Of a stretch of 64,000 nucleotides of DNA, positions 18,596 through 29,403 are shown in pieces. Position numbers and translations under genes: made by a program. The number at the start of each line of letters is the position of its first letter. Positions within the stretch are counted from its first letter, which is position 1. Origin of the DNA: Spirochaetota bacterium (GTDB lineage Bacteria; Spirochaetota; UBA4802; JAGODF01); the NCBI GenBank assembly GCA_036846345.1, contig DAIUCD010000005.1, positions 110,155 to 174,154 of the forward strand. Reading direction: 5' to 3'. The notes under the pieces were generated by a model. It searched no databases. It saw only the letters and a list, made by a program, of their open reading frames with translations, and was not told where the DNA came from.

Positions 18596-19066
18596 TCACT
18601 TGCCCTGATAATCCGTCAAAAACGGGTAGATACCCTGAGGTATGTACTGTCCGTAAACAGCCTGCCGGAAGAGGAATATGGTCCGCATATCAATATACTT
18701 TTCTCTTCGGAATATGGGGTAATCCTTTTTGCTGACAACGTAAATGATGTTGGTTCCTACCTGGCAGGGATCGTTCGTACTGCTGCTCACGTTATAACAG
18801 GCAGAATTGTAGTAGCGGCGTTTCACGGAAGCGAGGATTTTAACCAGAATACAGATCTGCCTGTCAGGATGGAAACCCGTTTTTGCCAGCTCCTTTTTGG
18901 TCATATCTGAAAAGTTACCGTAGGGGAGGGTTCTGATGTAGGAAATCCGTATCTCGCCGTCCCTGTCGGCCCGGGCTTCCGGGAGTATCGGGAATGCCGT
19001 CATGGAGAGGATGATACCCAGGAGGGCTGTGGACATAAACGGGGCTGATTTTGTTTGTATCATCAT
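18596..19066 (-). CDS. secreted hypothetical protein
   Basis: Signal peptide MMIQTKSAPFMSTALLGIILSMTAFPILPEA; no known motif. Confidence 0.45.
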   Translation of the reverse strand: MMIQTKSAPFMSTALLGIILSMTAFPILPEARADRDGEIRISYIRTLPYGNFSDMTKKELAKTGFHPDRQICILVKILASVKRRYYNSACYNVSSSTNDPCQVGTNIIYVVSKKDYPIFRREKYIDMRTIFLFRQAVYGQYIPQGIYPFLTDYQGK

Positions 19067-19381
19067 GACCTTCCTTGAAGATATTGTATATTTATGCCAT
19101 GGTTAAGAAAGCCCGACAAGGTTTTTTTGATCTTCTTGAGGATTATCCCGGTTCTTTTTTCCCGGATTAGGAAAAAACCTGAAACAGGTATCATATCACA
19201 TAAACCCCTGAGATTTTTGTTTGAAAGAGATAGGGAACCATGTTATACTGGGCTTACCCCTTGAATAAACATGAGAACATTCCCTGAGAAAATTGCTCCC
19301 GGAACGTTTGCAACAGGAAACTGACAGGAAAGGATTTCTGTGAGGGGGTGATGAAGTACATTCCTTAATGGGAGGGATCCT

Positions 19382-20314
19382 ATGGATTTTACGAAATCTC
19401 TGTTCCGCAAAGAATTCTTCATAAAGGCCTTTCAGGTGATCTCGGGTCTGATTATTCTACCCCGAATAAGTCCTCTGTCCCGGCTTTTTGCCGCAAGGAA
19501 TGACGCCCTTGTGGTCATCAGGGGGGCCGATCTTTCCAAGGGCACCATTGAGAATATGGTGAAAAAGGGTTTCGAGGCCATGGGAGGCATCGACCGGTTC
19601 ATCAAGAAAGGAATGAAAGTGGTCATCAAGCCCAATATAGGCTGGAACTCGCCTCCGGAGAGAGCGCATAATACCAACCCGTATATTGTGGAGACGGTGG
19701 CCCGGATGTGCCGGGAGAGGGGCGCCCGGGTGCAGGTCTTCGACCGCACTTGCAACAAGGCGAGCCTCTGTTACGTGAACAGCGGGATCCGCAAGGCGGC
19801 CAAGAATGCCGGCGCCGCTATCGAATATATCGATTCCCGCCGTTACCGCAAGGTTCCCGTTAAGAAGGGCCTCAAGCAGAAATACCTCTACGTCTATGAG
19901 GATATGATCAAGGCGGATTTCGTCATAAATATCCCCATCGCCAAGCATCACAGCCTGGCTCAGCTCACCCTGTCCATGAAGAATCTTATGGGTGTCCTGG
20001 GGGGCAACCGGGGGGATTATCATCATAACATGGACGAGAACATCGTGGATTTTACCAAGGCTATACGGACGGACCTGACGATCATGGATGCCACCCGCAT
20101 CCTTACGGATCACGGTCCCAGCGGGGGGACGCTGGATGATGTGAAGGTGATGAAGACGATCATCTTCGGCAAAAATCCCGTGACCGTGGACGCTTACACG
20201 ACTACGCTCTTCGGCAGGGAGCCCCGCTCCATCGGATACATCAAGCTGGCGGGAGCCGAGGGGATGGGGGAGATCAATGTGAAGAAGATGCGTATTACCC
20301 ATAAAACCGTATGA
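19382..20314 (+). CDS. DUF362 domain protein
   Basis: VVIKPNIGWNSPPERAHNTNPYIVETVARMCRERGA matches the conserved DUF362 core. Confidence 0.7.
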   Translation: MDFTKSLFRKEFFIKAFQVISGLIILPRISPLSRLFAARNDALVVIRGADLSKGTIENMVKKGFEAMGGIDRFIKKGMKVVIKPNIGWNSPPERAHNTNPYIVETVARMCRERGARVQVFDRTCNKASLCYVNSGIRKAAKNAGAAIEYIDSRRYRKVPVKKGLKQKYLYVYEDMIKADFVINIPIAKHHSLAQLTLSMKNLMGVLGGNRGDYHHNMDENIVDFTKAIRTDLTIMDATRILTDHGPSGGTLDDVKVMKTIIFGKNPVTVDAYTTTLFGREPRSIGYIKLAGAEGMGEINVKKMRITHKTV

Positions 20315-21945
20315 AGAGCCCCCGCTGGTCACAACTGCGTGCCCTTGCTCAACTGGCTCTCTGGCTGGCGTTCCTCCTTTTCATCGTGACGCTTCGCTTT
20401 CCCGTGGAGAACGAGGGTGCCTATGCCCTGGTGCCGCGCCTCTCGCCTCATCTCGCACTGACGGCCTCTCTATCGACCCGGGAAGCTCTGACGGTCTTTT
20501 ATCCCGCCCTGATCGTTCTGATCCTGACTCTGGTTTTGGGGCGTTTCTTCTGCGGATGGATCTGCCCTCTGGGGATCACCCTGGACGGGACCGACAGGAT
20601 CGTAAAAACCGGCGGGAACCATCTGCAGTTCGGTAAAAGCGGAGAGAAGGATCTGCGGTACGGGAAGTACCTGGTCCTCACGGGGTCCCTGATCCTCGCC
20701 CTGGCGGGATTTCAGGCGGCGGGGCTTATCGATCCCCTCTCACTGGTTGTGCGCAGCTACGGTCTTGTTGTGTATCCCTATCTGGATTTTTCTCTCAAAG
20801 GTATATTTCAGGCCCTGGGGCATATCCCGGGGGTATCCCACGCGTCGGAACCCCTGTTTTCCCTGCTGAAGGGGTCGTTGCTGGATCTCAATCCCATACT
20901 CTTCTCCGGTCATATCACCGTGCTGCTCTTTTTCCTTGTTCTTCTCCTCCTTTCGCGGATGGCCCGGCGCTTCTGGTGCCGGTCGCTCTGTCCCCTGGGG
21001 GCCGTGCTGGCCCTGACCTCGCGTTTTTCCTTCTTTCGAAGGAAAGTATCCGTGGAAAAATGCACCCATTGCCTGAAGTGCCAGCGGGACTGCCGCATGG
21101 GGGCCATCGAGGGGAAGGGCCTTGCCACCCGGGAAGAGGAATGCATCAAGTGTTTCGAATGCCTGCAGTCCTGCTCCTATGACGCCATTTCCTTCGGCTT
21201 CGGCAATCCCTTCGCCAAAGAGCAGGCCGTTCCCCGGGAGGAGGGGGATGAGAAGGCGGAGCCGGAGGCCTCACCGGGAGGGCTGACGCGGAAAAGGCTG
21301 CTGGCGGGGGTCGTCTCCTCCGCGGCGCTGGTGCCGGTTCTTAAAATCAACGCCCAGTACCGCGCCGATTTCTCCCATCTCATCAGGCCCCCCGGCGCCC
21401 TGCGGGAAGAGGATTTCCTGGACCGGTGCATCCGCTGCGGCGAGTGCATGAAGGCCTGTCCCACCAACGGTTTGCACCCGGCGCTTTTGGAAGCGGGTGT
21501 GGAAGGGCTCTTTACACCGCGCCTGATCCCCCGGCTGGGCTGGTGTGAAAAGAACTGCAATCTCTGCACCCTGGTCTGTCCCACCGGCGCCCTCAAGAGG
21601 CTCGAACTGGCGGACAGGGAGACGACGGTGATCGGGACAGCCTATTTTATTCATGATCTCTGCATCCCCTGGTCGGAAAACCGGGAATGCCTGGTTTGCG
21701 AGGAGATGTGTCCCACCCAGACGAAGTCCATACGCTTCCGGGAGGAGACGGTGCTGGACAGGAAGAACCGGACGGTGCGGATCAAGCGTCCCTACGTGGT
21801 GGAGGATATCTGCATCGGCTGCGGGATCTGCGAAAACAAATGTCCGGTCCCGGGAAGCGCGGCCATAAGGGTGAGAACCCCCAAGAACGTGCCCCTCTCG
21901 GCCCTCACATCCCAGAAGGGCGAAGGCGGCTATGGAGGGGAATGA
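20311..21945 (+). CDS. membrane-bound polyferredoxin (NapH/MauN-like N-terminus plus six 4Fe-4S ferredoxin motifs)
   Basis: TM helices with FFCGWICPLG, then CxxCxxCxxxCP repeated six times; start overlaps the DUF362 stop (ATGA). Confidence 0.8.
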   Translation: MKSPRWSQLRALAQLALWLAFLLFIVTLRFPVENEGAYALVPRLSPHLALTASLSTREALTVFYPALIVLILTLVLGRFFCGWICPLGITLDGTDRIVKTGGNHLQFGKSGEKDLRYGKYLVLTGSLILALAGFQAAGLIDPLSLVVRSYGLVVYPYLDFSLKGIFQALGHIPGVSHASEPLFSLLKGSLLDLNPILFSGHITVLLFFLVLLLLSRMARRFWCRSLCPLGAVLALTSRFSFFRRKVSVEKCTHCLKCQRDCRMGAIEGKGLATREEECIKCFECLQSCSYDAISFGFGNPFAKEQAVPREEGDEKAEPEASPGGLTRKRLLAGVVSSAALVPVLKINAQYRADFSHLIRPPGALREEDFLDRCIRCGECMKACPTNGLHPALLEAGVEGLFTPRLIPRLGWCEKNCNLCTLVCPTGALKRLELADRETTVIGTAYFIHDLCIPWSENRECLVCEEMCPTQTKSIRFREETVLDRKNRTVRIKRPYVVEDICIGCGICENKCPVPGSAAIRVRTPKNVPLSALTSQKGEGGYGGE

Positions 21946-21948
21946 GTA

Positions 21949-22725
21949 CTACTTCCGTTTTCCCCGGCCTCTAATCTTTCCGTACAGGCTCAGATAAAGC
22001 CTGTCGTTGGGGGAGAGCATCAGGGCCTCCTCCATGTACGGAAGAGCTTTCTTCATGTCCTTCTTGTCCTTGTAGTAATAGTAGGCCAGATCGAAGAGGA
22101 TGATGTGCCGGAATTTTCTTTCCCTGAAGGGCCTCTTCAGGGCCTCCTTCCAGGCATGCAGGGCCTTGTCCCTCTTCTTTTGCAGATAGTATATATGTCC
22201 CAGCCGCCAGTGCAGGGCGGCATCGTCTTTCAGGGTGATGGCCCTGAGAAGGGCTTCTTCAGCCTCCCGGGGTTTTTTCTGCAGATAGAGGAGGTATCCC
22301 ATGTTTCCTGTCAGTGCGGCTTTCAGATCGTTCCCGGGGGCCAGTTTCAGGGCCCTGTCGTAATTGAGCGCGGCCATGTCGTAGAGTTTGCGCTGGAGGA
22401 ATATCTCCGCCATGCCCTTGTAGCCGCCGTAATACTCCGGGTCCATCCGCAGACACTGCTCAAAATCCGAGGCGGCCATCGCCTGCTTCCCCAGGAGGAG
22501 TTGAGACCAGCCCCGGTAGTAGAAGAGCCGCACATCGTCCGGGTCTGAGCGCATAAACTCGGTAGCCCTCTCGACGGCTTCACTGTAGCGTTCCTGAAGG
22601 TTCAGCCTTTCCAGAAGGGCCGCTTTGTCCTTTTTTTGCTCCCCGCAGGCGGGCAAAAGGATCTGGATTAGGAGCAGGGGAATTAGGGCCTTTCGCATAT
22701 TCATGGTAAAACCTCCTTTTTTCAT
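21949..22725 (-). CDS. tetratricopeptide-repeat lipoprotein
   Basis: Lipobox LLPAC; multiple TPR-like W-LG-Y-A repeats. Confidence 0.75.
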   Translation of the reverse strand: MKKGGFTMNMRKALIPLLLIQILLPACGEQKKDKAALLERLNLQERYSEAVERATEFMRSDPDDVRLFYYRGWSQLLLGKQAMAASDFEQCLRMDPEYYGGYKGMAEIFLQRKLYDMAALNYDRALKLAPGNDLKAALTGNMGYLLYLQKKPREAEEALLRAITLKDDAALHWRLGHIYYLQKKRDKALHAWKEALKRPFRERKFRHIILFDLAYYYYKDKKDMKKALPYMEEALMLSPNDRLYLSLYGKIRGRGKRK

Positions 22726-22873
22726 CTCCGAACTATCCCTTCCCGGAAGGCTTATGTCAACTGAAAAGCGACGTTTCGGTACTCACTTAACGGGTCGGGA
22801 GGGAAAATAATGATTGAATTTCCTGGTGCACCCACCACAATGACATCATTCCTGTCCATTTTTGTGCGGCACC

Positions 22874-24025
22874 ATGAAAAGTATTACCGTTAAAATAGAT
22901 AAAGCGGTTTACGGAGGTTATGGTCTCGGGTTCCACGAGGGTAAGGCGGTTCTGGTCCTTCACGGCCTGCCCGGTGACGTGGCGGAGATCGGCGTTACGG
23001 AGGAGAAGAAGGACTATCTCTCCGGAGTCGTCAACAAGATCCACGAGCCCTCTGAAGGCCGCACAATCCCTTCCTGCCCGAATTTCGGGAACTGCGGCGG
23101 CTGCGATTATCTCAACTCATCCTACGAACACGAGCTGGAGATCAAGAAAGGCGTTCTTCTGGACTGTCTGAGGCGTATTGCCAAGACCCCTGCCGATTCT
23201 CTTCCCGACATACATACAGTGAGCGGGAACCGCCTGCATTACCGGAGTCATGCCTCCATAAAGGCGGATCCGGCGGGGAGGGTGGGTTTCTATGCCCGGG
23301 GTACCTCGGAGCTGGTGCCCTTTCCCGGACAGGGCTGTTCTCTTCTCTCGGAGGATGTTCTCGACGGTCTTTCCGTGTCCCCGGCTGCGGGAGGTGGGGA
23401 TTTCCGTGTAGCGGTGGGCATGGACAGCGTGCCCCGTTTCTCTTTCGGAAGGGATCAGATGGTCAGGGAGATGGAAAAGGATGTTCTCTATGAGCGGGAT
23501 ATTCAATGCTTCTTTCAGTCCAATCACTTTCTCCGCTCCAAGCTTCTCAGGATAACCGGGGATTACGCGGAATTGGCGCCGGGAGAAAGTTTCCTGGATC
23601 TCGGCTGCGGGGTCGGTTTCTTTACCCTCTACCTGGCCGGACGATGTACGGGAGGGGTGGGAGTGGACATAAGCAGCCGGAACATCGTATGGGCCAATCA
23701 CAATAAGAAAATCAACAACATGGATCACGTGGCCTTCCGAAACGCTGATGTAACCACCGCCAGTTTCGAGGATCAGAAACCGGAAGCCATCATCGTCGAT
23801 CCTCCGAGGGCCGGGATTGCCCCCAGCGCCCGGAAGCGCATCCTCTCCCTGCACCCTGAGCGTCTGGTCTATATCTCCTGCAATCCGTCAACCTTCGCCC
23901 GTGATTCCCTCGAATTCCGGGAAGGCGGGTACGAATTGAAAAAGCTCACCCTTATCGACATGTTCCCGGGCACCTGCCATATCGAGGTCATCAGCCAGTT
24001 CGTGCGCAGCGGTAAAATCCTCTGA
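22874..24025 (+). CDS. 23S rRNA (uracil-C5)-methyltransferase RlmD/RumA family (TRAM + [4Fe-4S] + class I SAM MTase)
   Basis: TRAM-like N-terminus, CPNFGNCGGCD cluster, LDLGCGVGFFTLYLA SAM motif, C-terminal DPPRAG. Confidence 0.85.
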   Translation: MKSITVKIDKAVYGGYGLGFHEGKAVLVLHGLPGDVAEIGVTEEKKDYLSGVVNKIHEPSEGRTIPSCPNFGNCGGCDYLNSSYEHELEIKKGVLLDCLRRIAKTPADSLPDIHTVSGNRLHYRSHASIKADPAGRVGFYARGTSELVPFPGQGCSLLSEDVLDGLSVSPAAGGGDFRVAVGMDSVPRFSFGRDQMVREMEKDVLYERDIQCFFQSNHFLRSKLLRITGDYAELAPGESFLDLGCGVGFFTLYLAGRCTGGVGVDISSRNIVWANHNKKINNMDHVAFRNADVTTASFEDQKPEAIIVDPPRAGIAPSARKRILSLHPERLVYISCNPSTFARDSLEFREGGYELKKLTLIDMFPGTCHIEVISQFVRSGKIL

Positions 24026-24132
24026 TGATGCCCCGGGACCCGGGAATAATTTGATTGACTTTTCCGATTCTTTCTGATTACCTTATTAATGCAATAATGA
24101 TTCGATATCTATGCGTTGCGGGGGTATGCCTC

Positions 24133-24456
24133 ATGAGAAAGACCATGGTTATTGCTGCGGCTGTTTTCTTAATAGCGTTTATCAACGTATCTTCACCGGC
24201 CAAGGGGAAGAAGAGCGCGGCCAGCTTTTACGGCGAGGTGGTAAATTTCACAGGGGAGTACGTGGAGCTCAAGAAGGGCAAGAAGGAGATGGTTCTTTAT
24301 TTTACCGACAAGACCGTCTTCGTCTCCGGCTCTGAGGAAAAAGCCGGCAAAGAGCTGCTTCAGCCCTGCCAGATGGCTCGGGGCTATTACCGGGTTTCCG
24401 GAGGGAAAAAGGAGTTGATCAAACTGGTCATAGTGAAAAAAGGACGGTGTCCGTAG
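24133..24456 (+). CDS. small secreted hypothetical protein
   Basis: Signal peptide MRKTMVIAAAVFLIAFINVSSPA; Lys-rich. Confidence 0.45.
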   Translation: MRKTMVIAAAVFLIAFINVSSPAKGKKSAASFYGEVVNFTGEYVELKKGKKEMVLYFTDKTVFVSGSEEKAGKELLQPCQMARGYYRVSGGKKELIKLVIVKKGRCP

Positions 24457-24488
24457 ACCGGGTGGGAGATCAATCGGGAGAAAGGAAA

Positions 24489-24518
24489 GCAGAAGAATAC
24501 TCCTTCTGCTTTTTTTAT
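24489..24518 (+). terminator. rho-independent terminator (stem GCAGAAG/CTTCTGC + T8)
   Basis: gcagaagaatactccttctgctttttttt directly after the small ORF. Confidence 0.6.
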
Positions 24519-24721
24519 TGTGTCGACTCAAAGTTCTTACCCCCCGGGGGTATGAGAATAGATAAACCTTTTTTGATTGCTTTTTTTTGAACTCCTCCCA
24601 CTATGCTATGATCCTTTCGGTTAGCAGGATATTATTATGACGGCGATGCGGGCGGGAATGCCCCCACGCCTCCGCAGGATGGTCAGGAATGCTGCAAAGA
24701 GAGAGTATCAAGGATATCTAC

Positions 24722-26125
24722 ATGATCGGCATCTGCGGGGTGGCCATGGGCAGCCTGGCAGGGATGCTCCGTCAGTCGGGCTTTAACGTACGGGGATCGG
24801 ATGAACATGTCTATCCACCCATGAGCGACATGTTGAGGAGCTGGGGTATTGACGCCAATGACGGTTTCGATCCCGGGCGGATAGGCCGGCCGGACATCAT
24901 CATCGTGGGAAACGCAATAAGTCGGGGCAATCCCGAGGTGGAGCATGTGCTCAACGGGAGAATCCCCTACATCTCCATGGCTCAGGGACTCTATGAATTT
25001 TTTCTAAGGGACCGTGAGGTGATCAGCGTCTCCGGGACACACGGCAAGACTACCACGACGGCACTTCTGGCCCATATCCTTGAAACCGCCGGTGAGGAGC
25101 CTTCCTTCTTCGTCGGGGGTGTAACGAAGAACTACAATTCCAATTTCAAACTGGGGCGGGGCAGGTACTTCGTCATAGAGGGGGATGAGTATGATTCCGC
25201 CTTCTTTGAGAAGACACCCAAATTCCTCGCCTATCGCCCCCAATATGCCCTTCTCACCTCCCTGGAGTACGATCATGCGGATATCTACGGCAGTCTCGCG
25301 GAGATCGAGCTCTGGTTCCGACGGCTGGTCAACCTCATCCCCGCCAACGGGCGTATACTCTACTGCCGGGAATATCCCAATCTCCGGGATATCACCGCCC
25401 GGGCCTTCTGCCCCTGTAACTCCTACGGCCGGGAAGGGGCCGATTACACCTATGACTATGATGGCTTTGAAAATGGGGTCAACCGCATTACACTGCGCAT
25501 GCCGCAGGGAGACCGGCTGAAAGCTTTAACGGGTCTCATGGGGGATTTCAATTACACCAATATTGCCGGGGCGGCTGCCATGGCGCTCACCCTGGGGGTA
25601 AGCCGAGAGGATGTTGTCCGGGGGATAGCCGGATTCCAGGGGGTCCGGCGCCGGCAGGAACTGTTATTCCAAAAGGGAAACATCACCGTCTATGAAGATT
25701 TCGCTCATCATCCCACCGCCGTCGGGGCGATGCTCCGGGAGATACGTCAGCGATATCCCCGGCACGTCATCTGGGCCCTCTACGAACCCCGCTCGGCCAC
25801 CAGCCGGCGCAGGGTATTTCAGGAGGAATTGCCTGAGGTCTTCCGTATGGCGGACCATGTGCTGAGCAAGACGCCCTACCGCCTTGAGGCCATTCCGGAG
25901 GATCAGCGAATTGATATGAACCGGGTCATGCATCTCCTGAGGGAAAAGGGGGTTGATGCGGCTCTCCTGGATAACGTGGAGACGATACTGGACCATCTCT
26001 TCCAGGGGCTGGACGAGACACACGAGCATGTGATCGTGATCATGTCCAACGGGGGATTTGACGGTATATACGGTAAAATTCTGCAAAGGGCGGAGGAATA
26101 TTTTTCCAAGATCACCGCGGTATGA
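24722..26125 (+). CDS. mpl: UDP-N-acetylmuramate:L-alanyl-gamma-D-glutamyl-meso-diaminopimelate ligase
   Basis: MIGICGVAMGSLAGML N-terminus and GTHGKTTTTALLAHIL P-loop typical of Mur-ligase Mpl. Confidence 0.85.
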   Translation: MIGICGVAMGSLAGMLRQSGFNVRGSDEHVYPPMSDMLRSWGIDANDGFDPGRIGRPDIIIVGNAISRGNPEVEHVLNGRIPYISMAQGLYEFFLRDREVISVSGTHGKTTTTALLAHILETAGEEPSFFVGGVTKNYNSNFKLGRGRYFVIEGDEYDSAFFEKTPKFLAYRPQYALLTSLEYDHADIYGSLAEIELWFRRLVNLIPANGRILYCREYPNLRDITARAFCPCNSYGREGADYTYDYDGFENGVNRITLRMPQGDRLKALTGLMGDFNYTNIAGAAAMALTLGVSREDVVRGIAGFQGVRRRQELLFQKGNITVYEDFAHHPTAVGAMLREIRQRYPRHVIWALYEPRSATSRRRVFQEELPEVFRMADHVLSKTPYRLEAIPEDQRIDMNRVMHLLREKGVDAALLDNVETILDHLFQGLDETHEHVIVIMSNGGFDGIYGKILQRAEEYFSKITAV

Positions 26126-28398
26126 GATTGCCTGTCGAAAGGAGCTGTCTGGTCAGGATCGTCCTGACGGTGGCGGCACTGATGATCCTCTTTATGGCCC
26201 CGATAAAAGCTTATTCGGCTGCGGGTAAGGCCGGAGGAGTGATCATCGACAGGCAGACCAATCGCGCTCTGAGCGGCGTAACCGTGGGGGTCTATGAGAC
26301 CCGGGAGATCGTCGTAACCGATGATTTTGGAAGGTTTTTTCTTAATCTGACCGAAGGGAAAAACTACACTCTCCTCCTTTCCATGCCGGGATACAAGACC
26401 CGGAAAATCCCAATAAAATCCTTCAGGGCCTCGCAGATCGCGAAAATCTACCTGGACCAAGTGCTGGTTTCCGGGGAGGAGATCGTCGTGACCGCAAAAA
26501 AGGACAAGCCCAACATCAGCCGCCGCACTGTCAAGCGTGAGGAGCTAAAACGGGTTCCCGGGGCCGGGGGCGATATCATGCGCACCATTCAGGCGCTGCC
26601 CGGGGTGGCCACAGCCAGCGATTTTTCCGGAGAACTGTATGTGCGGGGCAACGGTCCTTATGACAATAAGATACTCTTCGATAAATTCTGGCTTCCTCAG
26701 GCCTATCACTTCGGCGGCTTCGTTTCGGTAATTAATTCGGATTTCATAGACAGCATCGATTTCTACAGCGGAGGTTTTCCCGTCTATTACGGAGAGGCCA
26801 CCGGGGCCATACTGGAGATCAGTTCACGGGAAAAGCTGGAACCCACCTGGGGGGGAAAGATCAACGTCAATCTCCTTACCGCCGATGCCGTCCTGGAAGC
26901 GCCTTTTCTGGACAACGGCTATATCCTCCTTTCCGGGAGAAGGAGCTATTTCGATCTCTACGCGAAGAAGATGATCAGTGAAATCGAAGAAGTAGAGCTT
27001 TCGGTGTTGCCGGTCTTCTGGGATTATCAGGCCAAGATCGGTTATTATTTCACAAAGAGCAATCTCATCGAGCTGCTCTTTTACGGATCGGGGGACAAGA
27101 TAGGGCTCACCTTCCGGGATAATGAAAAGACCGATGTGGATTTTGCCAATAAGAGCTTCGATTACGGCAATCTATTCCACGGTCAGGGGATAACCTGGAA
27201 GTACACCCCTTCCCGGAAGCTTCATTCCTCCTTTAAAGTGGGGGGATATGAGCAGAAACAGCGGTTGTTTTTCGGGGAATACCTGAACATGGATTTAATG
27301 ATCAACGGGGGGATTATCCGGGAAGACCTCTCCTTTCTGCTGTCTAAATATTTAGAGTTGGATGCAGGAGCGGAGTATCTCTATGCAGCTCTGGATCTGG
27401 ATGCTCAGGTCCCCGTAGTCCGGCAGGGGGTGACCGCGAATCCCAATTTCCCCGAGGATTTTAATTTCTATACCTTAAGGCTGAAAGGATTATCGTATCA
27501 TCACTACTCCAGTTACCTGCAGGGGACTGTGCGCCTCTCTCCCGTGAAGTGGGTGCTGGGGGGACGGTATGATCTCCATAAGGACGTGGTCTCCTTTCAA
27601 TACGTGAGTCCCCGGACATCCCTGGAATTTGCTCTCACCGACCGCGACAGGATCACTCTGGCAACGGGCCTTTTTCAGCAGGCGCATGATATCTACTTTA
27701 CCAACGATGTTTTCGGCAACCAAGATCTGACTACATCCAAGGCAATCCATTATGTAGCGGGATACGCTCATGATTTTGACAGTCACACTTCCTTGTCCCT
27801 GGAAGGTTATTACAAGAGGCTATGGGATCTGATAGTATCCGGAGGCCCCAAAACCTTCGACGATAACGGCACGGGCCGGGTCTATGGGGGCGAAGTCCTC
27901 CTCAGGCGAACGCTGACCCGCAGATTTTTTGGCTGGTTCAGCTACGGTTACTCAGTTTCGAAGAGGAATGATCAAGACGACAAAGGGGAGTACTTCTTCG
28001 ATTACGACCGCACTCATATAGTCAATATCATCGCCAGCTATAAATTCAATCACTGGTTCCAGATGGGCGCCAAATGGCGGTATGCCACGGGCCTGCCGAC
28101 AACAGCTGTCGTGGGTTCCCGCTATGACCCGGCCCAGGGGGAACATTTCCCTCTCTATTCAGACGATTTCAACGGTTCCCGGCTCCCCGCCTATCACAAG
28201 CTGGATATCCGTTTCGATTTCTTTACGAAATGGTTCGGCGTAGACTGGGACTTCTATCTCGAGGTCCTTAACGCCTATAACAACAAGAACATCTATCAGC
28301 GGGATTTCAATCAACGGGAACCCTATTCTGACAGCAATCCGAAAGATGTCCGGGATCTGCCGTTTTTACCCTATTTCGGCGTAGAAGTCCGTTTTTAG
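26122..28398 (+). CDS. TonB-dependent outer-membrane receptor with N-terminal carboxypeptidase-regulatory-like domain
   Basis: Signal peptide, CarbopepD_reg-like IIDRQTNRALSGVTVGVYE, plug region, C-terminal aromatic residue (…FGVEVRF). Confidence 0.8.
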   Translation: MRLPVERSCLVRIVLTVAALMILFMAPIKAYSAAGKAGGVIIDRQTNRALSGVTVGVYETREIVVTDDFGRFFLNLTEGKNYTLLLSMPGYKTRKIPIKSFRASQIAKIYLDQVLVSGEEIVVTAKKDKPNISRRTVKREELKRVPGAGGDIMRTIQALPGVATASDFSGELYVRGNGPYDNKILFDKFWLPQAYHFGGFVSVINSDFIDSIDFYSGGFPVYYGEATGAILEISSREKLEPTWGGKINVNLLTADAVLEAPFLDNGYILLSGRRSYFDLYAKKMISEIEEVELSVLPVFWDYQAKIGYYFTKSNLIELLFYGSGDKIGLTFRDNEKTDVDFANKSFDYGNLFHGQGITWKYTPSRKLHSSFKVGGYEQKQRLFFGEYLNMDLMINGGIIREDLSFLLSKYLELDAGAEYLYAALDLDAQVPVVRQGVTANPNFPEDFNFYTLRLKGLSYHHYSSYLQGTVRLSPVKWVLGGRYDLHKDVVSFQYVSPRTSLEFALTDRDRITLATGLFQQAHDIYFTNDVFGNQDLTTSKAIHYVAGYAHDFDSHTSLSLEGYYKRLWDLIVSGGPKTFDDNGTGRVYGGEVLLRRTLTRRFFGWFSYGYSVSKRNDQDDKGEYFFDYDRTHIVNIIASYKFNHWFQMGAKWRYATGLPTTAVVGSRYDPAQGEHFPLYSDDFNGSRLPAYHKLDIRFDFFTKWFGVDWDFYLEVLNAYNNKNIYQRDFNQREPYSDSNPKDVRDLPFLPYFGVEVRF

Positions 28399-28460
28399 TG
28401 GTTGACAGGCCTGGATGGTCATTTTAGGGGGAATATATTATATTACAGTAAGGAAAGGGC

Positions 28461-29306
28461 ATGAATTCATCGAATAAAATCCTCCTTTTTAAGATATTGC
28501 CGAAATCGCTTATCTCCCGATGGTTTGGCTATCTTTGCCTCATTCCCCTGCCGCGGTTTCTCCTCACCGGATGTATCAACTGGTATAGCGCCCATTACGG
28601 GGTCAATCGGGAGGAGATCGATTATCCGGAAAAGGGTTTCCGCAATTTCAACAGTTTCTTCATCCGCCGGCTCAAGCCGGGGGTGCACAGGATCGATCCC
28701 GATACAAAGAGCATCGTTTCCCCGGTGGATGCCAGGGTGGATCAATACGGGAAAATCGAGCATACCTCAATACTGCAGGCGAAAGGTGTGGATTATTCCC
28801 TGAGCGATCTGATCCCCTCGCCGCGATACGAGCAGTTCATCGGCGGGGATTTCATCACCCTCTATCTGTCTCCGGCGGATTATCACCGCATCCATACCCC
28901 CGTAAACGGAGAGGTAGCCGGGTTCTTCTATCTGCCTGGAAAACTACATACCGTCCAGGAGTTCATGGTTCAGGGATTGAAGGGGCTCTTCTCCCTGAAT
29001 GAGAGGCTGATAACCTATGTAAATACGGAAAGAGGGCCCGTTGCCGTTTGTAAGATCGGTGCCATGAATGTGGGGCGAATCTCTGCGGTTTACGACCCTG
29101 TTGAGACCAATAAAACCTTTCGGAAAAGACTTGAAAAGCTTTTCCCGGAGGGGAAACGCCGTATTATCGCCAAAGGAGACGAGCTGGCCCGTTTCAACCT
29201 TGGCTCGACAGTGATCCTCCTCTTTCCCAAAGACACCATCCGGTTTGAGAAGATGTCATTGGGAATAAAGGTGAGGGTAGGGGAGAGGATTGCCAGCTGG
29301 AGATAG
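28461..29306 (+). CDS. psd: phosphatidylserine decarboxylase proenzyme
   Basis: LSPADYHRIHTPV motif and LGST self-cleavage site (FNLGSTVILLFP). Confidence 0.9.
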   Translation: MNSSNKILLFKILPKSLISRWFGYLCLIPLPRFLLTGCINWYSAHYGVNREEIDYPEKGFRNFNSFFIRRLKPGVHRIDPDTKSIVSPVDARVDQYGKIEHTSILQAKGVDYSLSDLIPSPRYEQFIGGDFITLYLSPADYHRIHTPVNGEVAGFFYLPGKLHTVQEFMVQGLKGLFSLNERLITYVNTERGPVAVCKIGAMNVGRISAVYDPVETNKTFRKRLEKLFPEGKRRIIAKGDELARFNLGSTVILLFPKDTIRFEKMSLGIKVRVGERIASWR

Positions 29307-29403
29307 GATTATTGTCTGTGGGAGTAAAAATAGTTTGCTTTTCTTGTCCTTCCGGTCAATAATAATTCATTAACTCCAACGAGGATAAGATGAGAGGCAT
29401 GTC

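Noticed and set aside
19457-20332. 291-aa minus-strand ORF opposite the DUF362 gene
   Set aside because: Antisense shadow; the plus-strand DUF362 core motif and translational coupling to the polyferredoxin support the plus strand.
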